Shown: positions 15,373 to 30,380 of the stretch, one piece after another
How the letters are laid out: every line of letters starts with the position of its first letter
Numbering within the stretch: the first letter of the stretch is position 1
Source of the DNA: Eledone cirrhosa
Taxonomy: Eukaryota
Assembly: GCA_964016885.1 (NCBI GenBank)
Contig: OZ024745.1
Location: forward strand, 41,354,001 to 41,418,000
DNA length: 64,000 nt
Direction of reading: 5' to 3'
Made by a program: the position numbers and the translations under genes
The notes under the pieces: model-generated
Database searches by the model: none
Told to the model about the DNA's origin: nothing
Seen by the model: only the letters and a program-made list of their open reading frames with translations

Positions 15373-15611
15373 TATAAATTTTATGATAAACTTAAATGAG
15401 TCATATATAACGTTAACTGTTAAAGAAAATCTGATAGAAACGTGTGCGGGAATCAAACCATGCTTCTGTTGTAGATAAATCTACCGGATAGACATCTATA
15501 TTAAGACGATCTGGCATACATGTTTTAACCGCAAATTTGGCTATGCGCCTTACTGGATAACACCGCAATTGCTGTCCTTCCTGTCATTCAGCAGAAGGTT
15601 GAACAGTCATC

Positions 15612-15657
<46 letters not shown>

Positions 15658-15689
15658 AAATTATTCCTCGTTGATATAAAATTATCGGA

Positions 15690-16216
15690 TCTATTCATTG
15701 GAATCTTGGAGCATATTCTACAGTGGATATGGTGCATGTCTCTCTGACATGACACCCTTAATTTAATTTTGGATATATACACGGCCTCTTAATTGTAGAG
15801 CTAACTCAGTTGAAAGGACTCGGCTGCTACTTCTAGTTGTCGATAACCCTATCCACGCCACTGGGATGAAGCTGGTTCGATGTGTGTATTTTTAATAAAA
15901 AGTGCAACACGTGCTGCTAGTCATTCGCAGATTTGAATTTGCTGTGTAAACACAGATAGTTAGATCTTCCTTGTTGATATCCGAATTTGGTTACTGTGGT
16001 TTACCGGTCGATTAATGGTGAAATAAATTTCTTTAATGAAATATATACAAGGAAGCTTAATCAATTTATAAGGTATCTATTTTTGAAGTTCTAGTTAAAC
16101 TTTAATTAGTTACCTACCTGGCTATGTTTGCTTACACACTTTTACAAATTATTCCCTGTGATTGTTTCATATGTTTATTTTAGATATATATATATATATG
16201 TCGATCAATTTCTAGT

Positions 16217-16222
<6 letters not shown>
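15690..16222 (+). mobile_element. Diverged monomer of non-coding family E, with a decayed HHR at 15966-16055
   Basis: Colinear with the 33310-34320 unit; stem I cttccttg/caaggaag is intact. Confidence 0.75.
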
Positions 16223-16278
<56 letters not shown>

Positions 16279-16873
16279 CATATATTTCGAATTAAACGAT
16301 ATACATGTATATAGAGAGAGAAAGGGTCAATAACTATTAAAGAAACACAGTATTTTGTACATATATATAAAGCATATCATATTTAGGAAAAAGTACATAC
16401 TTTAAGGTGGAAAATGTATTATTCACCTCGCGGTCGCCGTTTTATAGTTCATAAAACAAAGTGAAAATAGATCTAAGCAATTGATTATCGATTACCAACT
16501 ATCGATTTTGGTAGAGCTTCGGAAGATGCGAAACTAATCGTCAGAGGATATCTTCTTTGGATGAGTTCCAATAAATTAAAAATACCTATATATCGGTTGT
16601 GCTCCGAGAAGTAGTCAATCAATGCCTCGTAGTGAGAAGTATATTTTAACCTTGGTAGTAAATATAAATAGGACTTGACCTCGAATCTGCTAGAAAGAGG
16701 TGCGATGTACTAGTCACAGTGTAAGCAACTCAACATATTAAGAATTTGGAGTAGATATACACTACGTTAAGGTATCATAACATATATAATATGTATGACG
16801 AATATGTTTCTCCGCAGAAAAGCTTAATGGATGTTTGTCTAGAGCAGCAATAATTCAAATTATAAAATATATG

Positions 16874-16907
<34 letters not shown>

Positions 16908-17823
16908 AAATGTCATACATCATTAGAGAAACACATATTATTTTGAATATATAAATCTTAAAATATTTAGGAGAAACTACAACTTCCATATATATATTAT
17001 GATACCTTAATTTAGTATATCTATATGTGCATATATATTGAGAGAGGGGGAGAGAGAAGGAGAGGGGGGAGTGATAGAGAGTGTATGTTTCATAATTGTT
17101 TCTACTTTAGGCACAAGGCCAGCAATTACCCAGTGCATTACTGGTACTTTATTTTATCGACCCCGTAAGGATGAAAGGCAAAGTGTATGTTTCATAATGA
17201 TTATAGAAATGGTCGAATAAAATTATTACAAATCAACAATAGGTTTATTAAACTAAAGAGAAAATGTGATGAAAACTCTTAAATATAAATGACAAAAAAC
17301 GTAAAGAAGAAAATGAAAAATGACATTAAGCAAGGAAAGAAAGAGAATGGGGAGACAGGGGCAGATGCTACACCCCAATCTGAGCGATATGTTTCACCTG
17401 CAATTGTGGAGGCATTTCAACGGTCAATGGCCAATGACAATCACTGCTGCAGTCATCTCACATTAGAGAGCACCTTCCACGGGCAGGCTGCCGTCTTTCA
17501 TATTTTCCGGATAAAATCAGCAGTTCGGGGACCGAAGACTCGATGGTGACTGGAATGAAAAAAAAGTAGTCGGTCAAGCCCCGGTATTTGGTTATTTCCC
17601 TCTCCTCTGCATTGCAGGCGTCGGTGACCGGGTTTCCAGTCAAAGCGATATGGTTCGAGATAGAGAACGATATTTAAAATTAAATACGGGGATGATTGGA
17701 ATGAGAAGGAGAAAATCAATGGAGATTGAGTATTGAAATATCTTTGTATAGAATACTATCACGTAATTATTGAATAAAATTAAATGTTATATTGTAAACC
17801 CCGTTTATGTTTGACGTGAACTA

Positions 17824-17887
<64 letters not shown>

Positions 17888-17890
<3 letters not shown>

Positions 17891-17994
17891 TATCTGAGTA
17901 TGTCAAGATGACGCCACTTCGACACTCTCAGGCGATTAGACATGAAACACCTGAGAGTGTCGAAGCGGCGTCATCTTGACATACTTGGACACTT
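17888..17994. repeat. ~45-bp-arm inverted repeat (hairpin)
   Basis: agtatgtcaagatgacgccacttcgacactctcagg / cctgagagtgtcgaagcggcgtcatcttgacatact. Confidence 0.9.
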
Positions 17995-18237
17995 GGAACA
18001 CAGTCGATTTCTTCCGAAGAAGGAGAGAGAATGAAAAAATAGAACTGAGAAAATAATATAGAGGAAGGATCGACCTCAGTTCTGGATTAGTACTTATATT
18101 TATCGACCTCAGAAGGATGAGAGGCAAATCATCCTATTCGAGGATCTAATGCGAATTCTCCACTTACACACATATATACACACACACATACATACACATA
18201 TGTATATAGATAGATCGATAAATAGATACATAGATAT

Positions 18238-18276
<39 letters not shown>

Positions 18277-18705
18277 CTTATATACATACATATATCATGG
18301 AGAGCAAGAAAGGTCTTTCATATATTTATAAGTTGTTCCATAACTCCAATCTGTCATGCAGTATATTATTTCATGTTCTTTGCCTTTTCCTTGTTACATT
18401 CCTTATTCTCTCCCCTTTCATAATTGTTTCTTTATATATTTATATTAATCTTACTACCTGTTTGCATTATATGTAACTTGTTAACGTTCGCACCTTGGAA
18501 TTGTTTTGCTGTGGATTGATTTTTTTACATTTATTCATATATTATTATTATTACTTCTTGCTCTAATTCCTTTAAAATCTAAAAGACTAAGAGGATATTC
18601 AGTTGAAAACAAGCATCTTGAAGATTTCGAAGATTTCGAAAATCGATTTTTCTTAAATAAGACAAAAAAAGATATGGAGCGGAATGAAAATACAGTAAGA
18701 ATTAA

Positions 18706-18796
<91 letters not shown>

Positions 18797-18804
18797 CATA
18801 CCTA

Positions 18805-18891
<87 letters not shown>

Positions 18892-19072
18892 ATCTGTGTG
18901 TGTGCATGTATGTATATTGTAAATATATATTTATTCCTATTTTCCCTTTAAAAAATATGACAGGAGAGAAGATTAAGAAAAGTAGAAAATGCTAGATGCT
19001 AAATAATTCAGTAGATATATATATACACATATATACATACACACGCACACATGCATATGGATATTTGTATTA

Positions 19073-19686
<614 letters not shown>

Positions 19687-19720
19687 ATATATATATATAT
19701 ATATATACATATATATATAC

Positions 19721-19757
<37 letters not shown>

Positions 19758-19788
19758 TATATATATATACATATATATATACATATAA

Positions 19789-20064
<276 letters not shown>

Positions 20065-23046
20065 TTGTTTGTGACATCCTGTAGGTTATGAAACTTCAGA
20101 ATATTTTTTTCTGAAGACCTATCACCTGACATAGTGATTGAATATTCTTTACATATTACTGATAAATCATGTATTAAAAATCTCAAGTACTTTTGCATTC
20201 AGAAAGACTATGATGATACTTAAGCGAACTGTATCAAAGTCCATTGAATGAAATCCGTGATGAGTGCTACAGGAAAAATTGTCCACCCTCAATCATTAGG
20301 TTATTTCACAATACAAGGAATCCTGGTTTCTAACTATGTAACTAACTACATTAATTGACTATATTGTTATAGTTCAATAATGATTATATATATTAAATAT
20401 TATAGATATATACATACATGTGTGTTTGTTCGTGTGTTTATATATCTATATACATTTATATCTATACACTTATATGATTCTAACTATGCATGGTCTAAGA
20501 TATGATCTTGTCACAGTTAACTTAGTAGTCATGTATGAACGTCAGACAAGTGCTTTTGGATTTTTATTCGTCTTCAGTTAGGCTTGCTGATTCGGTCATG
20601 TGACAAGAAGATGCTACATATTATATGGGTTTTCTTTTCTTTTTTGCATACGGAACATCAGCTGGGATACTCATTTTCATATAGTGTGACCTTGACCGGT
20701 TAGGATTAATGTGGTTATGTATAATATGTATAATATACATGCATAAACTTTTTAAATTGTAATCATGCCACGGTCTTCTCAGCAACTACGGTATGAGAAA
20801 GTTTGAGACATATTTCTATAATTTTATCTGTCTTTGATGACGTTTTCTCACTCGTTACTGAAACAAGAATAATGTCTACCTTATATACGTATGAAACATC
20901 TACTCGAGATACTGATATAGTCTGATGTCTTGAATACTGTACATTTTTTATTAAATGGATAACTCCAATTTTAAATATAAGAAATAAAATTTTATAATCT
21001 ATAAACTAATGATTGTCCGAATATATAATACAAAAATAGTTCACAATAGTACAATAAGCAGTACCCTCTTCCTCAGCAATTCCACCTAAGGCGTAATGTG
21101 CTCCTATCCTCGTGTGAAAATAACAGTTCCGCGAGCCGAAATCGTCTCAATGCCCAGAATGCGCTTTTATAATATACGTTCCCGCCAAGCGGGTGGAGTT
21201 CTTTCTCACTCTGTTTTCTTTTCCTTTTCATTTTTTCTAGTTCCTTTTATCATTATGATATTGTAAAGAAAAAATTAATATGCTTCTTTGCAAAATATAG
21301 TGAAACTCATAACACTGAATATATAGAAAATTGTTGGAAAGAATCTTTTATTGTTAGTTACTTTTCACGCGTAGACATATCACTGTTGCTTTGAGATAAA
21401 CGTAAGGCGTAATTTCCAATGGGAATTCATGCTTATTAAGTATTCAATTGATTAGTTCTGTTATAAACAAGTGGATTCTAAGCCTGCAATAACATTCTCA
21501 ATTAACATAGTATATTGCATAATTATATTAAAAATTTATACAAACTTAGAATACAATTATTAAATGTGGTTTGTTGAATTTTTCATATAAATTGGTATAA
21601 GAAGACGTAAAATGCTTATTTTTTTATAAAAAGAAATCAATTATATTTCGTGTTGTGATATTCGCATTTTGAAGGACATTATCAATGTAAACTGTAAAAT
21701 GTTTTGGCTTGGTACTGCTGCATAGACTATTATTCAAGTGTTATTTACTATAGTTTAGGATAGTCTTATGAACCAAATTTGATAGATTAGAACTGCTGGT
21801 ATGCCGTCGGATGGACTTTACCTGTAAATCAAAGAGAAAACCTTGTCACATCCTTCTCAGTGAATCTACTGTCAACATTAGATATGCCTGCGGAATACTC
21901 AAACACTTTTACGTTAGATGGAAAGTAGCCTGCCAATGTGAACAGGTTGATGTGTTTTTTCTTTTTTTTTTTTTCAATTTGTCAAATTGATAATTTTGTC
22001 TTAAATCCACCATCAAGGAGAGAAATGTAGATTCATGAATTAATTTTACCAACACACACTAACATGCCTTGCCTCTAATTGTTCCGAATAGCTCCCTAAA
22101 CAATACTAAATAGGCCATCCTCCTTAACACTTGGTTATAGTCAGTTAATATCAAATTTTTCAGTGTTATCTCTAGTTTTTTAAGTTTCCCTGTCTGAAAA
22201 TTGAGTAAAGCTAGAATTTTCAGCAAAACATTATACTTTGCCCAAACGTTAGAGACTTCTTGGTCATCTTGTTAACTCTATCATAGATCTTCTTAATGTT
22301 ATTTGTAGTTAAGATGTCTCCTTCAATTGAATGATATATTTTCATTTTCTTCATGCGAGATCTATTGACAATAATAAACAGTGACTTAACATGAAAATGC
22401 GTGTATTTTATTACAAGGTTTTAATGGATGGAATTAACTCCAACATCAGAGTAACTGTTGAAGCAAGACTCATTCTATTACATATTTTGCATATATTTCT
22501 AAATTATGAACAGCTTCAATAAATTATCGCACTTCATCATATCTTCTATTCTCTGCTTCATAAACAACATTACATAACATTATATGAATTTTGCGTAACC
22601 AGCATTATTCAAAACGTCTTGAAATATTTCCTTTTCTTGTATCAAGAGAAATTGATGAGTTGCTTGCATGTCCCAATAGACTTTCACTTGTAGCTTTTAT
22701 AATGATTTCTTTGAGAACGGCACTTCTATCGTGTTCGAGTAAAGTTGAGTAGATTTTACAAAGGCGGTTTTTGTTTCTTCAAAACGATTAATCAATGGCG
22801 TTATGATAGTTTGAGAGGATTATTAAGAAAGCCGTAGTTCTTCATATAAACACGCATTGATGTTGTGTGACATTGTCAGCATTACTAAGATAAAGCTACA
22901 TAATCTTCAACCAGTTAGTTTCGTATTCAATTCCATATTTACGAGTTAAAGGAAGTAATATAACTGTGGATTAAATACGACTGCGATATAAAGAAATTAT
23001 GACGTATGCAATTCTGAATAAATGATAAAATTAATAATTATGTGAC

Positions 23047-23283
23047 TGCTATCACTTTAACTATTGTATATGTGTGAGTGTATTTTTGTGTGTGTCTGTT
23101 TTCTTATGTATGTTTCATATGTGAATGGTTGTATGTGTGTGCATACACATACACACATATATATATTTATATATGTGTGTGTATGTGTATGCACACACAT
23201 ACAACCATTCACATATGAAACATACATAAGAAAACAGACACACACAAAAATACACTCACACATATACAATAGTTAAAGTGATA

Positions 23284-23286
<3 letters not shown>
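23047..23286. repeat. Near-perfect 240-bp palindrome
   Basis: The arms are reverse complements; the ORF track gives near-identical peptides on both strands. Confidence 0.95.
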
Positions 23287-23341
<55 letters not shown>

Positions 23342-23554
23342 ACAGATTGAAGTTTAAGCAAAGAATCGCTGCTTTCACCCTTAACTAGATCTTCTGAAAC
23401 TAACGGGATCTTATGAAAAGGTTAGTTTCAGAAGATCCCGTTAAATTTAATGTTATTTTAATAAATATTTGCTCTACGGTTCTTATATATTTGATATATA
23501 TTTATCCTTATCGAGCCCTTTTTGGATTTTAGTCTTCAAATTTATTATTATTAC

Positions 23555-23608
<54 letters not shown>

Positions 23609-23949
23609 GGGATACTATTTATGGTTATGTATATATTAAAACCTTTTATAGTTATGTATATTTTCAACCCTAAACAGTGAAGGTCAGTAATTTATTACTA
23701 CCTTATTACCAGTAAGATAAATAGCTCAATGTAATAACATCAGTTGTTCTACAAAAATACTATAGTATAATATATGCCACTCCACTGTACATCAATATAT
23801 ATATATGTATCTGTATGTCTCTTGCGTTGGAAGAGAGGTCAATTATGTGTACAAACATTGAAAAATGCTCCGAAGACTCCATGCCTAGGTTTGGAGGCAA
23901 CAATTGTAGGTGAATAAATGCTTTGAACATAGCTTTGATTCTCGTGAAT

Positions 23950-23986
<37 letters not shown>

Positions 23987-24756
23987 GAATAAAGTTAGTC
24001 CTTCATCAGTGATCCTCCAACCATCATTGGTATTTCATCGCGTTAAAGACCATATACCTCCGGTTGGTGCGAGCAACGGCTAAAAAAAGTCGTTGGGACA
24101 CGTAAATAAAGGGGACACGAGAATGTAAACAAACAAAGATGGTGAAGCAACGAAAAGTGAGGAAGAACGAGTCAAGTCCCAAATTTCCATGAATATAAGT
24201 TCGGTGAAATCGTGAATGAGAGAGAATAAAGACCATCAAACCTGGTTGGAATGTGAGCAAGGAAGGAATTCCGTACAGGTCTAACGGGGGGAAGAAGGAA
24301 TCTAGTCTGTGAATTCGGTGAACATAATTTCTGTGAAATCGTAGACGAGAGAGCGAAAAAAAAACGAACCAGCGTGCGAAAGAAAAGAATTACGCACAGG
24401 TCAAACGGGAAGAAGGTGGAGGAGGAGAGGTAGTAACAGAGAGTGAGTGAGGAAGAGGCTAACAGAGAGAGTGACTGTTAGAGAGGGTAAAGATATATAT
24501 ATATATATATATATATATAAGCGTGTGTGTGTATGTGTAGGTATGTGTGTATGCATGCATCTGTGTTTACTTCGAAACTTCACCGCTGTTTCAGGCTTTT
24601 CAAAACTGTTTAATTCCAAAATTCGACGAAACCTTGAATTAAAGAGTTAGAAATATTAATAAATATTATATGGATCCTGAACATAGTGTACAACTTGGTC
24701 GTTCTGTGTATCTTAGAATATATCTATTACACAAACACCTAAACCCCTGAAACAAG

Positions 24757-24806
<50 letters not shown>

Positions 24807-24835
24807 CAGATGCATATCAATGCTAGCAAATATAT

Positions 24836-26230
24836 GGTTGTAGGCAGGCCGCTGTCTTATTAGCAAACCACTTTCCACTGATTGACCTCGATGTCACGTG
24901 TTCGATTCTTTTTGAATTTGCCACAGACGTAGAGGCAGTGATTTTCTCAATGGCTTGGAATTCAGTCCACGCTTCGCTATTTCCTATCCACTGAATTATT
25001 TTTTAATAAGTTTCCAGTGTCCTCGCTTTGCCTGGAAACTTACATGAGAATAGACTTTCCTGACGACGGAATGCTTCTTTATATTATTCTTCGGAAAATA
25101 TATTTACTCCATTCCAGAAACTAATTAGTTCGAAGTGATATTTTAGTAAGTAAGTTAATTTTATCATTTTCTTATTTTACGTCCCTTATATTATTGTTCT
25201 GCAACCCCATGCATTGAACCCCACTGTTATTAAGACAAAACCTATACATTTGCTAGCATTGATATGCATCTGTATGTATATATATGTTACTAGATATGAA
25301 TTCTTTATTATTATCTCCAAATTATGTGTCGAGCAATATTGGCCATGACTGCTGCTACGGTTGTAGGCAGGCCGCTGTCTTATTAGCAAACCACTTTCCA
25401 CTGATTGACCTCGATGTCACGTGTTCGATTCTTTTTGAATTTGCCACAGACGTAGAGGCAGTGATTTTCTCAATGGCTTGGAATTCAGTCCACGCTTCGC
25501 TATTTCCTATCCGCTGAATTATTTTTTAATAAGTTTCCAGTGTCCTCGCTTTGCCTGGAAACTTACATGAGAATAGACTTTCCTGACGACGGAATGCTTC
25601 TTTATATTATTCTTCGGAAAATATATTTACTCCATTCCAGAAACTAATTAGTTGGAAGTGATATTTTAGTAAGTAAGTTAATTTTATAATTTTCTTATTT
25701 TACGTCCCTTATATTATTGTTCTGCAACCCCATGCATTGAACCCCACTGTTATTAAGACAAAACCTATATATTTGCTAGCATTGATATGCATCTGTATGT
25801 ATATATATGTTACTAGATATGAATTCTTTATTATTATCTCCAAATTATGTGTCGAGCAATATTGGCCATGACTGCTGCTACGGTTGTAGGCAGGCCGCTG
25901 TCTTATTAGCAAACCACTTTCCACTGATTGACCTCGATGTCACGTGTTCGATTCTTTTTGAATTTGCCACAGACGTAGAGGCAGTGATTTTCTCAATGGC
26001 TTGGAATTCAGTCCACGCTTCGCTATTTCCTATCCACTTAATTATTTTTTAATAAGTTTCCAGTGTCCTCGCTTTGCCTGGAAACTTACATGAGAATAGA
26101 CTTTCCTGACGACGGAATGCTTCTTTATATTATTCTTCGGAAAATATATTTACTCCATTCCAGAAACTAATTAGTTGAATGTGATATTTTAGTAAGTAAG
26201 TTAATTTTATAATTTTCTTATTTTACGTCT

Positions 26231-26233
<3 letters not shown>
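24836..26233 (+). mobile_element. Tandem array of a 523-bp non-coding monomer (~2.7 units) with one HHR per unit (family F; 25055-25135, 25578-25658, 26101-26181)
   Basis: ctttc-CTGACGA-c-ggaatg..cattcc-a-GAAA-ctaattag-TT-ggaag at an exact 523-bp period. A short inverted piece lies at ~24795-24835. Confidence 0.88.
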
Positions 26234-26277
<44 letters not shown>

Positions 26278-26819
26278 TAAGGATAAAAAACATGAAGTGT
26301 TATGTCTTCTTTATGTTTGTTGAGGTGTGACGCACGTTTCGAGATTGATCAGCTCAATGTTCAATCTGTATCGCTCTGGCTAAAACTCTGGAATCAAAAG
26401 CTCGTTGGACTTCTGTTATGCTAATGACAGAATGAAATTCCTTAGAGCTTTGAGACTGTATATAACGATTCACATTCATTTATGTTAGTTATTTTTAGTT
26501 CGTTTTGATTGGTGGTTTTGCTAGAATGAATGTTTGGGTATGAGTGATATGTGAGAGGAAGAAATATAATGAAGGGATGGTGAAAGAGAGATGGTGGGTG
26601 GAGCATCACTTGTTGGAGGTGGTAAAGGAGTAGTGTTGTCTGATTCGTAGACATATTGGTAGGGGGTCGAAACAACGAAATTCCATATCAACGACCGATA
26701 CCACTGGAGTACTGTGGTTTTCGTTTATATTTTTAATTTCAAAAAATAATATTTTAAGGTTTCCCTTTTAAGAAAATTCTTTTCGTTCGTTGACTTGTCT
26801 ACACTTTGTTAATTTTCCA

Positions 26820-26904
<85 letters not shown>

Positions 26905-26906
<2 letters not shown>

Positions 26907-27100
26907 GTGGGAGGTGAGTTTTATTGTAGTACATATGTTGATTTAAAACTGCACTATCCACAAGTGTTTTTTAACCTTCATGTCATGTCTTCCTGTTTTA
27001 TCTGATGAAAACACAAATATTATTGCATGATGATATTTGTTTTTGAAATGCGCATAATAAAATACATGGAACTCTTTTAACCATCTTTTGTTCTTATATA
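26905..27100 (+). mobile_element. Solo pseudo-LTR fragment of family G with HHR at 26996-27062
   Basis: Matches 42150-42320; its 5' ~27 nt are an inverted copy of 42383-42408. Confidence 0.85.
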
Positions 27101-27105
27101 TTATA

Positions 27106-27159
<54 letters not shown>

Positions 27160-27161
<2 letters not shown>

Positions 27162-29038
27162 ATAAATATCTTTAAGTCGTTTGGAAGCCTCGACAATGCA
27201 AATGGGTAAATCTCCGGGTAACAAGATCCGGTGGTGGAGAGAGAGATGTAAGTGGGTGTACATTGAGATGCGTGGTGTGTAAAGATGTGTAAATGTGTAG
27301 AAGAAAGAAGGGAAGAGTATAAAGGATAAAATAAAAATAACAACACAAGAGAGAGTTACCTTGGGAGAGATTTAATAGTCCCTATATATTTCGGATTCAC
27401 ATCCATCAACTGGGGTTTTTTTCCGAGGTAAAGGTTGTCTGTCGAACAGGTGCGAAACGCGTCCTCCGCTGTTTGTTGTTTTGAATATCTGAGGTATTCG
27501 GCAGAGCGCGCGTGAGCGTGAAATGGGGTCGATCGGGCAGAGGTCAGCGGCCGAATGAGGGAGTGGGGTGGCGCTAGCTGTCAGTCCATTCTCTGCCTGT
27601 TTGTTAAATGTTACTGAGTGTGTGTGTGCGTGTGTTGGTGTCTCGCTTGAGTGTGTGTGTGTGTGTGCGTGTGTAGTTGCCTTGTTCCTCTGTATTGGCA
27701 GTGTAGTATGTTCGTATGGTGGAATGCTACTGTGTGTGTGTGTGTTTGTGTGTGTGGAGTTGTCTCGTTTGTGTGAGCGTGTGTTGTGTGTTGCTACATC
27801 GTTTGTTACCTTAAACCAGCCATCTCATTTCCCTTATCTCTAATCGGTTGTTTATTTGCGGTTGCAGGCGTAACGTGCCGACGTTTCTTTCAGTCGCTAG
27901 AATTGTGACAATGGGCCTTCCGTCTTTGTTTCCGCATTTGTCTATGTGTTTCCGGAAAGACGAGGCCTGGTTTTAGTGTGTTCCTTGATCCGGATGTGCA
28001 AAGGTCGGATTGTGCTACCTATGTAGTATTGTTTGCACCTGTCACATTCTATCTTATACACGACGTATGTGCGTAGGCAACAGTTCGCATGGCGTATCGG
28101 GCAGTCTCTGAGGGAGCATGCGTCAGTAAATTTCCCGGGTTTCTTGGAGAGGCATCTTCGCAGGGAGGGGCCCGAGTGGGCCAGGTGGATGTCGAGGTCC
28201 TCCCTCCGTATAGCCTTGCGGATAGCGTTGGTGGTATTCTCGCCCAGATGTGGAATTTTAAGGAAGCACTTGCCTTGGGTGCCTCTCTGTCTCTTGTGTC
28301 TGGTGTCTCCTATTCTGTCTGTGATCGAGGTAGGGTACCCGTTCGTCTCCAGAACCTTGAGGAATCGCTTGGTATGAGTGACACCACTCGCGGGATCGCT
28401 GCATCTGTTTTTGATTCGCGCGATCTCGTTCGTGATGTATCCTCTTTTGGCACTGTTAGGGAGGGCGGACTTGTAGTGAACGAACAGGTCCCTGCAGGCT
28501 GCCTTTCGGTAGAAGTTGCAGTGGATCCTTCCCTGTTCCGTGATGTTGATTCGGAAGTCGAGGAGGGCAAGTGACCCGTCTTCGTTGGGGTGTTCAACAC
28601 TGAAGTCAATGTTCTCGTCCGTGTTGTTGAACGTCTCATAGATTCTTTTCGCCGTGTCTTGGGAAGATGTGAGGATGAGGATATCGTCCACGTACCTTGA
28701 GAAAAAGGCTACGGCGTTGGGGTGGCAGGCGTTGAGTGCCTTGCGTTCGAGGTTGTCCATGTAAGAGATCGCTAGCACACCTGATAGGCTTGATCCCATG
28801 GGCAATCCCGAGGTTTGTTGGTATGTTTGGTCAAGGAATCCGAAGTAGGTGTTGTCGACGACGATGGATAGGAGTTGGTGGATGTCAGTGGTGGTGAGCC
28901 CGAAGCAGTGTAAGTCGGTCGATTGGACGCGTTCCATCAGTATATTGACGGCCGGGAGTGCCGGGACCGAGGTGTAGAGAGCGACTACATCAAGGCTGAA
29001 GGCATATCTGTTATTCCTTCTGGTGTCGGGATCCATTT
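27160..29038 (-). mobile_element. 5'-truncated PLE (RT + GIY-YIG ORF 27942..29036, frameshift near the C-terminus)
   Basis: SLDVVALYT, GLPMGSSLS, RYVDD, LLDF, VVYKIEC..YYIGSTIRPLHIRIKEH. Confidence 0.92.
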
Positions 29039-29039
29039 G

Positions 29040-30380
29040 AAATAAATAAAATAACAGGAGGCTGGCTGGACTGGTGTAAATCCTTGAAAGTTTTATTAAA
29101 CTATGATCATTTCAATGACCGGGTTCCATATGAATTCGGTGATATCATCAGGTATTCGAAATATAACAAAGGAATATGTAAAAAACCATGGGTCCGAAAA
29201 ATCAGAGACAGAGAGGACGACTGACCAGCTAGCTGCTTTCACCTCGGCCAGTCGCCCTCAAAGTAATGGCAACTCAGTCTACTAATGACCATCTGGTGAG
29301 GGGGCGAAGGCTTATAATGCACGACCACCTCTCCGTCAAAGAATAAAAAAGGGGAGGAAAGAAAGAAAGGAAGAAAGAAGAAAAAAGAAAGAAGTCAGCC
29401 TATTTTGACCGCCATATTATACTTATACCTATAAACTCCAGGCTTAGGCATAACTGTTAGCTGTATAATGCATCTACGGGCACGTAAATAAACCTCTCAT
29501 GTGTGAATTAATAGTATTCGTTTGGTATAGACGATGGCCTGTCGAAATTGTAGACTTCCCGCTAGCACACCCGGGGCCTAAGGTAGCTAGTTCCTAGACT
29601 ACTCGGAAAGATTAATTTCCATTTCTTTCGCTAGACGATACCACTTGAAACTGGCCGACACGTGGTTAGGAGGTGATGGCTGGGATTCACAATCGAAGGC
29701 TTTAATCTTTACTCTATATCCCACTCTGATATCTTATCGAGATTAACTTTTTCATGTAAGACTCTCTCTCTGTAAGTTCATTAAATAAATCTCGCTACTT
29801 TAACCTTTAATTTTTTAATAATTTTTTAATTTTTTAAATTTATTTTTCAATTTATTATTTTTTAATTTAATTTCATCCTATAACTCGTTACATAAGTTTA
29901 ACGTTCCAATTTTCTGTTCACACATTAGACCATACAGACACCCATTATATATGCCTTTGTTAAAATATAGATTCTTTGGAATAACATTTTTCGCGGCGTT
30001 TTCTAGCATGACTATAGTGTGACCCTTACGCTGACTTCTTTCTTTTTTCTTCTTTCTTCCTTTCTTTCCTCCCCTTTTTTATTCTTTGACGGAGAGGTGG
30101 TCGTTCATTATAAGCCTTCGCCCCCTCACCAGATCGTCATTAGTAGACTGAGTTGCCATCACTTTGAGGGCGACTGGCCGAGGTGAAAGTAGCTAGTTGG
30201 TCAGTCGTCCTCTCTGTCTCTGATTTTTCGGACCCATGGTTTTTTACATATTCCTTTGTTATATTTCGAATATCTGATGATATCACCGGATTCATATGGA
30301 ACCCGGTCATTGAAATGATCATATTATAATAAACCTTTCAAGGATTTGCACCAGTCCAGCCTCCTGTTATTTTATTTATA
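29040..30380. mobile_element. Inverted pseudo-LTR pair, family I (arms ~29040-29400 and ~30030-30380; HHRs at 29098-29155 on - and 30270-30327 on +)
   Basis: The arms are reverse complements; CTGATGA-tatcaccgg..ccggtcatt-GAAA-tgatca-TA. Confidence 0.8.

Noticed and set aside
16490-16550. Further partial hammerhead-like motifs (also near 5810, 18585, 20110, 24005, 32730, 56125)
   Set aside because: Each lacks a core half or a pairing stem I, so they were not counted.
24836-26233. CRISPR-like array, or repeated small genes (MESGLLIRQ.., MLLDMNS..)
   Set aside because: Whole units repeat without unique spacers, the context is eukaryotic, and the ORFs have no recognisable domain.
29040-30380. 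DNA transposon or MITE with long TIRs
   Set aside because: The arms contain hammerheads and no TSD or transposase is seen; an inverted PLE-type pseudo-LTR fits better.
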